The notes beneath the pieces were generated by a model, which saw nothing but the letters and a program-made list of their open reading frames with translations, made no database searches and was not told the origin of the DNA. A stretch of DNA of 61,459 bases, the filler included, from Sphacelaria rigidula (Eukaryota), in assembly GCA_964200075.2 (NCBI GenBank). It is 5 parts of 5 records of this genome, joined end to end, with 100 filler letters (N's around TTAATTAATTAA, not from the genome) between each part and the next. Parts side by side here need not be neighbours in the genome. Positions count along the whole stretch, not along the records: positions 36,941 to 49,150 come from CAXNAA020004003.1; positions 49,251 to 61,459 come from CAXNAA020004004.1; 3 more parts are not named here. One strand, 5' to 3'. Position 1 is the stretch's first letter. Every line of letters begins with the position of its first letter. A program made the position numbers and the translations under genes. Below are positions 39,190 to 51,333 of the stretch, in pieces.

Positions 39190-40813
39190 ACTCTTGAAGA
39201 GATTGAGTCAGCCCCCAAGTCTGTGAAGGATGTGTACAGTTCCAAGTACAAGGCTGTGTGATTGGACGCGATGAAGAAGGAAGTAGAGGGGTTAGAACGC
39301 GATAACACGTGGACCGTAATTGACTCACCCCCGTTTGGAGAGAAAGCAGTCGATTCGAAGTGGGTTTTGCAGGGGAAAACCGATGAACATGGTTACGTGA
39401 TGAAGGCTCAGGCTCGACTGGTTTTTAGGGGTGATCGGCAAGAAATTGGCGACATCCCGACGTTTTCACCAACCCCACCCACTACGTGCTCCGTCTCGAA
39501 AGGGATGCGTGGTCAATGGTCAAATGACTAAGGCAAGCAACAAATGAGTACGCCCACCCACTACGACTCACCGAGTAGCTGCAGCGGTAGCTTGCGCAGA
39601 GGGAAAGACGGTTTTTCATTTTGACGTTGAGCAAGCTTTTGTTCAGTCGGAGCTAGAGGATGACGTGTACATGAAGCTACCGCCAGGTTTGGGTGAACGA
39701 TCTGGCACTGTCATGCATTGACACAAAACGCTTAATGGCTTGAAGCAAGCTGCTAGAGAGTGGTACGGCAAACTGGGGAAAACTCTGAACGTTCTGGGTT
39801 ACGAACAGAGTTTGATAGACCCGTGTGTGTTCAGACTGATGGACGGCGAGGAGATCAAAGTTCTGATTGTGGTTCACGTCGATAACATGTTCGTTGTAGG
39901 TGCTGAGCCTGTGTGCAACAAGTTGGCAGAGGATCTCAACATACATTTTCCAACGAAGAATCTTGGTGAGCTGGTCTGGTACGCAGGATGCGAGTACAAA
40001 CACGATCTCGAGAAAGGGACCCTCAAATTGTCTCAGACTGCGTATACTCAGCGGACTCTTGAAAGATTTTCGATTAAAAGGACAGCTGCTACCCCTGCGA
40101 TTGTTTCGTCTGACTTTAAGGTGGAGGAGGGGGAGGATTTCGAGGGGAGGTACCGTGAGGCGGCGGGATCTTTGATGTGGCTCTCCATCAACACCCGCCC
40201 GGACATCGCTGACGCCGCGAGAGCTGCATCCCGCCATAACGAAAACCCGACGCCCGAGGACTGGCGCAAAGTGTTGCGGATTTTCGAGTACCTCAAGACA
40301 ACAGTAGACTTGGGAATCAAGAATGCTAGGGGTTCGAGTGACGAGTTGGTGGCGTATGCGGATGTAGACTACGCGAAATTCGAGGATCGGCTTTCAGTGT
40401 CGGGAGGAGCAATATTTTTCTGCGGGACTGTTGTAGGATTTTTCTCTCGCACTCAAAAGAACGTAAATCTCTCTTTTACTCAGGCTGAACACGTAGCGAT
40501 GGGCGACGTAGTGAAGGATGCTCTGTTCGTGAAGGCGGTGCTGAAATTTATGCAGCCGCAAAGGAAGGAATTTTGTATGCCACCGGTGTATGAGGATAAC
40601 CAGGGGGCGATTCAACTCGCGAAAACTCCGCGAAGCTCCCACAACAATAAGCACATTGATGTGCGTCATCATTTTCTGAGGTAATTGGTGTCTGCACCAA
40701 TCATTCGAGTGGAGTATGTCAAGTCTCTTGAGCAGCACGCAGACGTTTTGACAAAACCTTTGCCTGTTAGTAACTTCAGGTACCACAGGAATGTTTTGAT
40801 GAACATCAAGTGA
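39190..40813 (+). pseudogene. Copia reverse transcriptase-RNase H (disrupted)
   Basis: AMKKEVEGLERDNTW, SKWV, ARLVFRGDRQ, HFDVEQAF, LNGLKQAAREW, VVHVDNM (decayed YVDD), TRPDIA, YADVDYA, EDNQGAI, KHIDVRHHF, QHADVLTKPL. Confidence 0.95.
39487..39552 (+). mobile_element. 66-bp 5'-truncated retroposon insertion with a perfect 13-bp TSD inside the copia RT
   Basis: TSD cccacccactacg at 39474-39486 and 39553-39565; removal restores FSPTPPTTTHRVAAAVACAEGKTVFHFDVEQAF. Confidence 0.95.
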
Positions 40814-41131
40814 CTTTGACAATCTTGAAAGTTGAAGTGAGACCGGTTTATAGTCTTGGATGTTGTATTTTTTGCGTCAAGCTATGAACGTTTGGAGTGA
40901 GGTGCGGCCGCGAGGTTGTAGCTGAGTGTGTCTCATCAGGAGTAAAGCGCATTTTCACGAGACTCGTGTCATAGCCAAGGCCAAACTATATTTCGGTCAT
41001 GGCTTGGAAGTGATTTGTGTTCCATCGGGAACAGGAAACGGTTTTTGGTCGAAGTGGTCCGAATCGTTTCTTGTGTATTGATGCGTATTTCGACATGCGT
41101 TTGATTTCCCAGTGTGCAAAATCAGGGACGG

Positions 41132-41621
41132 TGTTAATCGTGTGATTTCACTCACGGTAAATGTAAATCTTGGATACTATCACGAGAGTATCGGAGGAAA
41201 ATGTGGCGGATTAACCGATGGGAAACGGTACTGGTGATTTCTAGAAATGGTACTGAGAACGACGGTTCCGATCGATTCTCGGAATGTTCTGAAAAGTGTT
41301 GGTTGTTCTCCCTTTTGTTCTCGAATGATCCGGAAACGACGGGGAGATACTGTGGTATGCGGTATGCTTCTGTGGGATAAAACAGGAGATATTTGCCGTA
41401 GCTCGAGAAGGGTTCTCGACGGAGATGCGAATGCGCATCTCTCCCCCCACCGTGTTCAGTGTTGTTCGTTTGCATGTGCCTTCCTACCCATGGGTGGCCT
41501 GATTTGAATGAGACAATGAAAGACAACTATACACTTCTGCTTCTGTTACTTCATCTTCGACAGCGGACGCTGTGCGAGATTGCCTTTTACGGTTTTGGTT
41601 GAGCATTGGGTGCTCGAGCCA
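41132..41621 (+). repeat. Copia 3' LTR (ends at 41605 or 41621)
   Basis: Purine-rich aaaatcagggacgg precedes TGTTAATC; ends in CA; 3' part matches the 5' LTR remnant. Confidence 0.75.
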
Positions 41622-42337
41622 TACCTCCGGCATGCCCAAACGACTGCCGCTAGGGCTTAGCCAGTATGTGTTGACCAAGTATGCGATCAAAACTCCGCCG
41701 TATCATATGACGGTCGAAGATGCGGACGCACCCCTGGAACGCGTTGGGGTAAATAGGATTTCGGGCCATCAACTGGTTCGCGGTCGTGGAGGTAAGATAG
41801 CGGTAATGTATCAAACACATTGGAAGGGTATCATGCGGGTTACATGGGAGCGTGAAGTTGATTTGCGTCATTTTCGTAGGGAAATATTGCTGTACTGGTT
41901 AAGGAGATACCGTCCAACACCGCCCGTTGAATAAGAGATATCGGTCGATGCGCAAGGGAGCTGCCGCTCGGGAACTGGCACGTGGACACTCAGCGCGGTT
42001 TGTTGTGACAGGCTATAGCCTTCTTTCGCGTTCACAATACATGCAGTGTTTTCACGGAAAACTATCGCGGAAAGGGGCGTATTTTTCGTATGAAGCCTTG
42101 GATTCACTGTGGTGGTTGGGTAAAATTCATTTGGTTGATCCTGCGTCTGACCACTCCTACTTTATCCGTTTCCTCGATGACCCGAGCCCCCTTAAGATTC
42201 GCTTGGATGGTGCTTACTACACCGAGGGGCCGACCGCTCGGAGGGGGTCCTGGTGCTTCCAACGACACGACCAAGGCGAACTCGGAAGAGCCGTTCTACG
42301 GAACACAGACACCGCTTGGAATGCAGTTGACTCATGA
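41622..42337 (+). pseudogene. Ty3/gypsy-like pol C-terminus with a chromodomain-like region
   Basis: MPKRLPLGLSQYVL..PPYH..VNRISGHQLVRGRGGKIAVMYQTHWKG..TWEREVDL..YW; a 1-nt frameshift near 41900; then NKRYRSMRKGAAARELAR..WWLGKI..YFIRFLDDP..GSWCFQ. Confidence 0.75.
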
Positions 42338-43415
42338 TGCCGCATCCGAGTCTGCTTCTCCATTCACCTTGCGCAGTGTACCGCGCTCGAGTCGCTTATC
42401 TTGCACCGTAGCGTCGTTGGAAAACAATGTGGTCCCACCCCCCCCTTCATTTGTTTTCGTACTGATTAGCCCCGTACTTGTAGCGGTTGATGTTGTGTTT
42501 TGTGTTTGATATTTCGTCTTTTGTTTTTGTATTTCGTATATTTTGTTTCTGCTGTGTTTTGTTTATGTTGCTTTGGACCCTGATTTTTTGTCTTGGTTTT
42601 CTTTGCCTTGCGTCATTTTGTTTTGATTTGTTTTTGTCTTTGTTTTTTTTGTTTTTCTTCTCTTCTTTTTTTCTCTTTTCGCCTCGTGCTTTGTGTTTGA
42701 TTTTTTTGTGTTCAATGGGTAATTTTCTTGGTTATTCCTGGGTTCATCTGGAAAGGTAAAAGTGACGACCGTTCCATTCCTGACCCCGAGTCTGGAACCT
42801 TGAATCTCCGTCTACTGGAACAGTTGCCACGAATTATTTATTTCTTCATATTTTCATTGCACGCACTTTTTGTCTTGCTTTATTTATTATATGGTCTTTA
42901 TTTGTTTGTTTGTTGTTTATGAAGAGTCTCCGCAGCGAGCGCTAGCCACACCTGACGCCCACGTCTGGAATATTTGCGCTCTTGTTCAATCACTCCGTAC
43001 GCGAATGCCGCCTCCCTCTTCGGGATCGGTCGTGATCTTTCCCTTTTTTGTGTGCGTACCGCGTTGAGTTTTATATTAACATGAGCGATAGCAACCGAAG
43101 CCGAGTGCCTATAATGTCTTGACCTTCTTGGCTGAAACTTTTGACCCTACTTGCTTCGTACACACGATAACCGCTCCCGTTTACAAGGACGGTCGCCACG
43201 TGTTGTTTTTCTGCTTCATGTTGCGGATATTTCGTTTTCGCTGTTGCCCAGCGTGCCCCTGTTTGTTTGTTTTTTGGTTTTGGTTTCTGGGTCTATGTCG
43301 GGAATTTCGCCATGAGTGTTCCAACGTTCCTAACCCTCGAGTCTAGAACACTTGGCCTACTTTTTTTGCGAATCTTGCCGCGTGTGACCGGCCTCGTTTA
43401 TAGGAGGGTCACGGG

Positions 43416-44320
43416 TGATGCGACGCGATGATTTATACTTGGTGATTGGTACGTTACAACGAGGTCACCACTGGCCGCGTCGTACATAACGGTGTTGAAG
43501 AATTGTCATTGAAGTCGCGGTATAATCGGTTGCAAACGTTTCCTCATACAGGACTATTACATGTCATGATAAGGTAGATTGCTCTCCCGGAACTGTCCGT
43601 TCCGCCATGTCGATATTCGACCATTGGTACAGCCTTCAGGCTCAGAGTCCTCCACTCGCTATTTCTTTCTGTCACTTTTACCAGCTTTTTGCGTACAATT
43701 CACGCCCCTGAAATCGGTCGGTGGTGTTTTGTTTTTATCAGGATTATTGGACGAAGTAACGTGGCGGTACGACCGGCTGTGGGGTTTACTCCAGTTTGTG
43801 TTCGGGCCAGTCTCGTTTTAGTCCGAACGGGAAAATACTGTGAGGCGTGGGCTGCGTTGGTCCTCTCTGTACTTTGTATTTGTCGTGGTTAAGAAATGTG
43901 GTGGGCGATCCGCCTCGGAACTACATAGTAGGCCCGAAGGTTTTGTATTGACTCCACCACGTTTCTTTCGACGTGTACGGACACCTGACCTCACAAACCG
44001 GTCGGCTGTTCTCGTATTGTCGTGTGAGAAAAAAACAAATGCTGTACGGCTGGATCATCAACCAGACGTCCCAAGCAAGTCGTTGCTCTCACAAACATGT
44101 ACCGACAATTAACTCACGTCAATATCATGCTATTTTTTTTTTTCCCAACCTATGATTTTGCGGGAAACTACCTTTTCCGCGACGAAATCGGCTGTACGTT
44201 GCTGGCTTTTGCTGATTGACTGGGACGAGTGATTAGCATGAACTTGGTGATCGGAGTGACATAATGCCTTGGTGGGCTTGCTTGTTTTTCTACCAATGAC
44301 CTAAAACAAATCTGACATCA
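43416..44320 (+). repeat. Putative 3' LTR of the gypsy-like element
   Basis: PPT-like ataggagggtcacggg followed by TGATG...CATCA inverted termini, downstream of a T-rich 3' UTR; no second LTR available to confirm. Confidence 0.45.
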
Positions 44321-45386
44321 GGAGAAGAGTGAACTAGATATTCATGATATCGTTATGGCAGGGTAGGATAATCGTTTCAATGATAGGTCTCTGATTTCCG
44401 GTGGCTATCTCGGACATGCTCACGGCATTCTGAAGACACTGCATTTCGTGGTATATGGTTTTGATTGTTGATATTGGATTTTTCAGATTCCCAATGACTC
44501 CGGCTGAAATGCGGAACATAAGGACACTGCATTTTTGTATGGGTTGGATTTTTTTTTTAGCTTTGTTATTTGTGTTTTTTTTCTCCTTCATTTTTTTGTG
44601 TTGGTCGCCCCTTCCCGTCCCCCGTCCCAAGGAAGACTCGATCTCCGAAATGAGTCTCAGTTTTCTGTGGTGTGGGAGAGGTGTGGCTCGATGCAAGTTC
44701 GTCCCTTTTGAAAAGGACTTGCACTTGAACGATCCAGGGTGGGCTAATGTGATGGTATATGACCGAGTGCGTGAATTAAACTAGTTCTTTGAGAGTTGTC
44801 GATGGTCCCCAGAAACGACCGGCGGGTATGAAAAGATTATAGTCTGTGTGCTTGTGTACGAGAGAAAGTAGGTTGTTCAAGCGTTGATCCAGTTCACAAG
44901 TCGGATAAGGTCTGTACCCGATTATCCGAGTGTACCCGCTGTCACTACAGCTTTGATTGGCTACAGTATGGCGCGTCATGCTGATTTTGTATTATGACAA
45001 GGTTGTAAGCGAGGAAGGAGGACGTGTTGGTAAAACAGCGAACCAAGCTGCCGCTACCCACCTTGTCCACTCGACACACCGACCAGTCTGCAGGTATCTA
45101 TTGGATATAAGAAGAGCTTTTTACGATCATCTACCACCACCGGTCTCCCTGCCTACAGTGTCGTGAGCCCACAGCATTGACGTGAGTCTCTTGTTGTGCT
45201 GTACTATCATCCTTATCCACTATTCTTGTTTGTATTCATGCTTTGCGCTGTGCGATTCTCCCCCAAACAGCTGGTTGATTGAAAGAGAAAGAACCCTCAG
45301 TTTGATAGTTCGAGTTGAACACAGGACTGGCTTGTCACAATCTCATCCACCTTGGGGTGTGGCTTGCTTGTTAGTGCTCACCACTA

Positions 45387-46678
45387 CAAGGCTGGTTCAG
45401 ATTGAACGCACAAAATTTTGACCCCGGCTTATGACGAACGTAATACCCAGCCAATATGCACAAATGTGGTATCATACCGACCGCAATGAACAGACGAAAA
45501 GGGTGACATAGCCGGATTTTCGTTCAAGGCTATAGCGATGGCGCTATGGACAAAAATATGTCTCGACTAATCGGCGCCTTTCAAATTGTTCCGAAATCGA
45601 AAACACGAATTCCAAGCCCAATTCCCACTGAATCTCCACATGGTTCAAATCGCAGTAACCGTCATCAGCTTGGGAATCTAACGGGAGAAATAGAGTTGAA
45701 AACGGTTCCAACGGGATCGAATTTTGCCCAAAACCATAATGTTTCGGTGATGTGGTGCTTTGGCTCGTCTAATTTCCACTCATGATACGTACGAAAGACC
45801 AACGGAGCCTCATGACGATTTCCCATTTATCTGTTGAAGAAAAGCTCAGATCATCCTCGAACTTGGCACTTCCGTAGGCATTGATGCTCCAAACAGAACA
45901 ATTGTATTCTTAGCAACATTTCGAAGTTTATCCGTTCTCTACCGGCTTCCGGGGGTTCCAGCATAAAGACCCCAGGAAACCGGTACAGAATGCCCCAACA
46001 CCAAAGTTTTGACATTTCAGGGTTAGGTGGTGTAATGCATGAGAGGACCGCGTGCTTAGAGGACCGCATCGGACTTTGAACATCCCCATGGTGAGGGTTA
46101 GGGTTGGGGTTAGGGTTGGGGTCATGGTCAGGGGCGTGGTATCTGCTGGGACTGGCCCGATTGGTTTTGAAAAGCATCGATCCTGAGGTGTTTCAAACTA
46201 CGGCGCGGTCCTCTAAGCACGTGGTCCTCTCATGCATTACAGGTGGTATCCCAAGGAACATGTGTACCAATTTTCGTTGCTCAACTCGAAAAACTGAATC
46301 GTCTGGGTCTTTCACCGTGGAAACAACCCCCCAAAAGAGCGATTCTGTACTTGAATCAAGTAATTACGGACTTTTGTTTCGAGTTAGATCATGAAATTTT
46401 GCACACATGTTCTGGACGTCAGTATCTAAAACTCGAAGAGGGGGGTTTTCTGATTTTTTGTCTTGTTGGCCGGTTATTCGGGGTCCCGGCTGGAGTACTT
46501 GACCAGGGGGGGTCAGATCCCGGCTATCTCGACACAAAAATATAAAATAAAAAAACCCTCTTCGAGTTGTAGATACTGTCTTCCAGAAAACGTGCGCAAA
46601 CTTTCGTGGTCTAACTCGAAAAACGGCGTGAGGAATTCCCGGGGTCAAAATTATGTGCGTCCAATCCGAACCAGCCTG
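45387..46678. mobile_element. 1.29-kb non-autonomous Tc1/mariner-type element carrying telomere-like repeats
   Basis: TA|caaggctggttcagattgaacgcacaaaattttgaccccgg ... ccggggtcaaaattatgtgcgtccaatccgaaccagcctg|TA. Confidence 0.85.
46031..46241. repeat. 37-bp inverted repeat enclosing five TTAGGG-like units
   Basis: Arms 46031-46067 and 46205-46241 (1 mismatch); tgaggg ttaggg ttgggg ttaggg ttgggg at 46092-46121. Confidence 0.9.
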
Positions 46679-49092
46679 TATATTGTCCAGAACCTGATTT
46701 CCCCTAGAATCGTTTTCCCTGAATAGGTTTCCTTAGAATATTTTCCCCGCGGAATCTTCATTGTCTCGTTGTTGGAAACGGACTTAATTTCTACCGGTGA
46801 TCATGGAATGAATTTCTATCATGCCCGCTTTCGTACTTTCCCAGAAACCCTTGCTGTGCTTCTGCTGTTGGATGAGAACGGACTTTGATTCATACCAGTG
46901 ACTACGGAACGGATTTCTATATTTCCTCCGCCTATGTCTCTCGGAATAATAGCTTCATGCAACATCTGTCCCAGTAAGCGAACACGGTAACGGGTTGCGG
47001 GTAGTATATCTCCAACGGGGGTGCCTAAGATGCCGCTGTTCGGTCCGTTAAATCGACAAAATTCGATGATGTAGAAGATGCTCTTCATGAGCGAGCAATG
47101 CTACGGTAGGGGTGCACTTTTTTCGCGAAATTTTGTCTGGTTCAGGGGCTCCATACGACTCTGGACGCACAGGAGTATAGGTCAGGGCATCCCCGTCTGC
47201 GGATTTATTCGGGATATCCCCAGCACATCGGAATAGTAATCCTGGCGTACTCTCGTATATTTTCACAAGTCTTGTTTTGCATGAGATAAAGGGCTCCTAA
47301 CAATTCTCACCTCAGAAAATATTTGTGTACCGCTACCGTAGCATCACTCGAGCGAAATTCGGGGTCATGGTCATCAAGACGTTTTTGGAAACAACTGTCT
47401 GTATTTTGGAGATATGCTTGGGTTTTCTTTGGCATTTCGTTCAAGAATATGCTCAGATCTGTCCGGGCTTTTACAGAATTTCGACGTATATTTCATCACC
47501 ATTTATAACATCCAAGATGAACTCTCTCGAGCACACACCCCCAAAGTCGTAAACAGGGGGCCGAAGTATCGTTAGGCCGCTGTTCTGCCGCTGTTCTGCC
47601 GCCGTTCTATCATATCAGGTCGGTAGAGAGTTACGCTGGACATTCCACCAGGCAACTCAAGGGCGCCGAATGGCATCGAGGTCCGCTCACCGAGCGCTGC
47701 GGTGTCGGTACCGAGCACCCGGCAGATCTCTGGAAAACTGCAAAGCTCAGATGGGCGACATCGGAGAGGTCGATCTCCCAAACAAACGTCTGAGGGCGGT
47801 CGTCACTTCTTGCTCCTATGAAGGCAGGGGGGCTGAGAACGGTCAACGAGCTTTTTTAACCTTTTGTTTTACACGGTTCTTATGAAAAAGCGAGGAGGAA
47901 CGGCCACTTTCGAGCCAACTGTTTTTGTTTCGGCTGTTCGCCTTCATGGGGTAGTGCGCGAAGAAAAAACAAATCAACTGGACAAACGCCAACGATTTCA
48001 ACAAAGACTACAGTGGTCAATGTTTGCTATGGGATTCACTCAATTTGCAATTTTTCGAACACAATTTTTCCCCTTCACCCTGACGTTCGAGAGTCGGTAG
48101 GTCTTGCAAGGAATCGTAGGTCGTGGTAGCACATTTCTCGAAATGGCGTCGGAAAATGCAGAGGAAAACCCCGTTCATTGGGGGGGGTAATATTCACAGT
48201 ATATGATCGGAAAACCTGGTTTTCAGGTTGTAGGGCAATGGATATCGAGAAAATGAAGCCTAAACGATGCAACTCTTCAATACAACGATCCGGATCGTTC
48301 CGGTGGAACACGAATATCGGAGAGCGGGAAACAGAGGCTATGAACTCATAAGACCACGAAGAACCCGTGAAACCGTAATTCGTTCATAATTGATCGTGAG
48401 AAAATGTCTTGTTTCAAAATTTGTGCAGCGTACTCATGTCGCTCAGTTCCCACAAGTCATTCCCACAGGTCGGGGTGAAAGAACACCGTGAGGGATCATG
48501 GTAACCAAAAATCCTGTAAAAAACTATTTCAAACGTTTTTTTCCTGCGAACGTTGACTTTCATGTCGCCTGACGCATTGGACACGATTCAGGGCGGTTAT
48601 AAACATGACCGATCATCCCATGGGAAAGAAAGAGTATGATCATACCCATTTCCTCCTAGAATATAGTTTTTTCTGTAGAGTTTCTATTTCGTCTCGGTTG
48701 TTCGGTGAGAACGTAACTGATCTCTCCTGGAGTGAGTTTTTAGGTAGGGGTTGTGACGAAAATACGCCGTTGCGTTGAGTTGGTAGTGATGATCTGGATA
48801 ATGACTGGGGGCACGGGGATCCTGGGGGCTTCTTGGAGGGTCCTGGATAATGAGCGGGGACACGAGGATCATACCCTGCGTGTCCAGGGGGTTGGCGCCT
48901 GGCAGGGCACTCCTGATAATGAGATGTTGTGAAGGCTGGCAACTGAAACTGAGGCCAGTAAGACCGGGGAGTCCCTCAACAGCAGTAATCCACCACCAGT
49001 TCTTCTGGCTGGCGTCACAACATCGATACTAGTGTTAATGCCAGAAATAGTATCTAAAGTCATCCTACGATGGGGGGAGGGGGGGGGGGGGG

Positions 49093-49150
49093 GTACTCAT
49101 GAACATGCCAACCATAGGCATCAGACCCTTGACCTCGTATACCTACAAGA
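49093..49150 (-). repeat. 3' end of the C-tract-associated retroposon at a contig end
   Basis: G-run then gtactcatgaacatgcc..catcagacccttgacctcg, the reverse of the A-B unit. Confidence 0.8.
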
Positions 49151-49250
49151 NNNNNNNNNNNNNNNNNNNNNNNNNNNNNNNNNNNNNNNNNNNNTTAATT
49201 AATTAANNNNNNNNNNNNNNNNNNNNNNNNNNNNNNNNNNNNNNNNNNNN
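49151..49250. other. Artificial contig spacer
   Basis: 100-bp N/TTAATTAATTAA/N block. Confidence 0.98.
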
Positions 49251-50281
49251 CCTAACGGAGAGGGTGTCCATACTAAAATATCTATGAAACCCCCGATCGA
49301 TGCATTCAGCGGATGACGACGGATTTTGGTGTGGACATTCTCTGGAGCAAGGGAAGACGATATATACCCTCATTTTCACCTAATTCCTCATCTATCCCGA
49401 GATATGGCGCACATAAGTTTCAATACTAAAACCAATATATTACGAGCAGAGGCACTAGATGCCTTAAATCTGGATATCGCGTCTCAGCTTTTGAGAGTTG
49501 TTCCATAAAATTTCGTGTGGTGAACCGCTAATGCAAAATAATAATAAAAAAAACAGCTAGCTACCTTTTTCATTTTTTTCCCATTTTTTTTCATTGTGTT
49601 TTTTTTGTGCATTGTGTTTTTAGTGGAGTTTTGAGGAGAAATGAACGTTGCTCTTAGGCCTTATCTCAGTGTTTTAGCTCAATTTTTTAAATTATGATTT
49701 GAAAGTTAGCGTGGGGAACCACAAAAGTGTGCCGAATAAAAAAATGGGCCTTCATTTTTTTCCATTGGAGGTTAGGGCGTTCTCGTGAAGAAATGGTCAC
49801 TACCATACTAGAACGCCCTGAACCAGTGAAAAAAATGAAAAAAACTGACCCACTGAGTAGTGTTAAGTAAGTATGCCTTAGAGAGCGCCCACACAAAATT
49901 TCAATACACGAAAAACAAACGTGGGCCGGTGCGCGGCCTTCGAGATACTGTTCCGAATTTCTACCAACCCGGTTTTTTAAAGCCCATGCTCCCGCCAATA
50001 TCTAGAGTAAGAACCTGGAATTTGGTATGGACAATGCATAGGGCATGAAAAACAAGATTACGTCGGCACCAGAATATATATATTTCTTTTTGAGTTAAGG
50101 GCAACAATCCGTTTTCAGGTATCAGTAAAACGCCTTCGACTCATGGAAAAAAACTTTTGGTGCCGATCTTTTTTTTTCATGCCCTATTCATTGTCCATAC
50201 CAAATTTCAGGGTCCAACTCTAAATATTGGCGGGAGCATGGGCCTGCGAACTTCAAATCCGCCTCAGGCTGGCCCAGCTCG
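49251..50281. mobile_element. Second, left-truncated copy of the 34884-36124 Tc1/mariner-type element
   Basis: Collinear homology (gatgcattcagcggatga..., aaatctggatatcgcgtctcag...); right end aggctggcccagctcg|TA. Confidence 0.85.
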
Positions 50282-51108
50282 TATTGTAGTATAGTTATGT
50301 CACAGGCTCCATGTGCTCACAACGGTACGCCGCCAGGTGGCAATCGCGCTGCTTACTCACGGCCCATACGACATGGGCGGGACAGCTGTTTACCCGTAGT
50401 TCACATACACGTGTTTCGCCAAAAAAAATTGATCGGGACAGAATTTGACCGCTTCTCCCTCTGGTGTGCGCTGCTGCAGCGCACAGCACCAGATATAGCG
50501 ACGTGGGACTGTTGACTGTGGTTTGCACAGCGTATGAGCGAAGTTTCAGCGCCTCGCAGCGGCTGCAGCTCGCGTAGGGGCGTGCGCCATGAAGTGCGTA
50601 GCTTTACAGACTGTATGCCGATCGGTACACCACATGTGGTCTTAATCCAAAAGGGTCGCAGTACATATCGGTGTGAGTTTGCCACCACACCGGCCGCCCA
50701 GCCGCTCAACATGTCTAAGTTTGTGCATATGCGCGTGCATACAGGCATTCGCCTGTAGTGCGCAAAGTCTGGGCTGCTGTATAGCCGATTTGAGGGCGCA
50801 TGGATGGCATATCCCGGAATCGCTTGTGGCCATGTTTCAGGAAAGTCTGGGGCCCAATCGCGCGGATGCTTCGCGCATATGCTGTCTGTGTTGTGTCCGA
50901 CTAGTGTGCAAAGTTTCATGATGGAACGCGCAGTCGCAGGCGAGAAATCCACGAGCATAGTTGCACTGCAGATCGGGAGTTTACCGTGGGAAAGTATCCA
51001 AATGAACATGAGATGCGGTTACGCAGTATTACAGTACGGGTACTGTCTGTAGACCGTATATTGCATCAGCGTATTATACTGCACGTTGTAGTGGTCATGA
51101 CGGAGTTT

Positions 51109-51333
51109 TCAAAATTTAATGATCAGCTGCGCCGCCAGATATGGATGCACTCGATCGTGCCGTTCTCGGTTTCTTCGAAAGCAATTGAGATGCTTCTTTT
51201 TCAGGCGGATTGCACACTCCATATACCACGCCCTAGGCGTGGTGATGCGCTGGAACGCGAAGTGTGGTTGACACCTATCGTCGTACCATGGGGCCCGAAA
51301 GGCACCCGTACCGAGCAACACCATGCACACCAC
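51109..51333 (-). pseudogene. Possible Harbinger-type (DDE_Tnp_4) transposase remnant
   Basis: LLGTGAF..W..FQRITTPRAWYMECAIRLKKKHLNCF loosely resembles LLGDxAY..FN..RxxVECAFGxLKxRFxCL; weak. Confidence 0.3.

Larger units (their letters stand above)
36941..41621 (+). mobile_element. Ty1/copia LTR retrotransposon, defective (integrase deleted, stops and frameshifts)
   Basis: 5' LTR remnant 36941-37000 matches 41564-41623 with one mismatch; gag, protease, RT and RNase H occur in copia order. Confidence 0.95.

Noticed and set aside
46819-47552. Protein-like minus-strand ORF fragments
   Set aside because: No recognisable motif or consistent splice pattern; probably decayed TE sequence.
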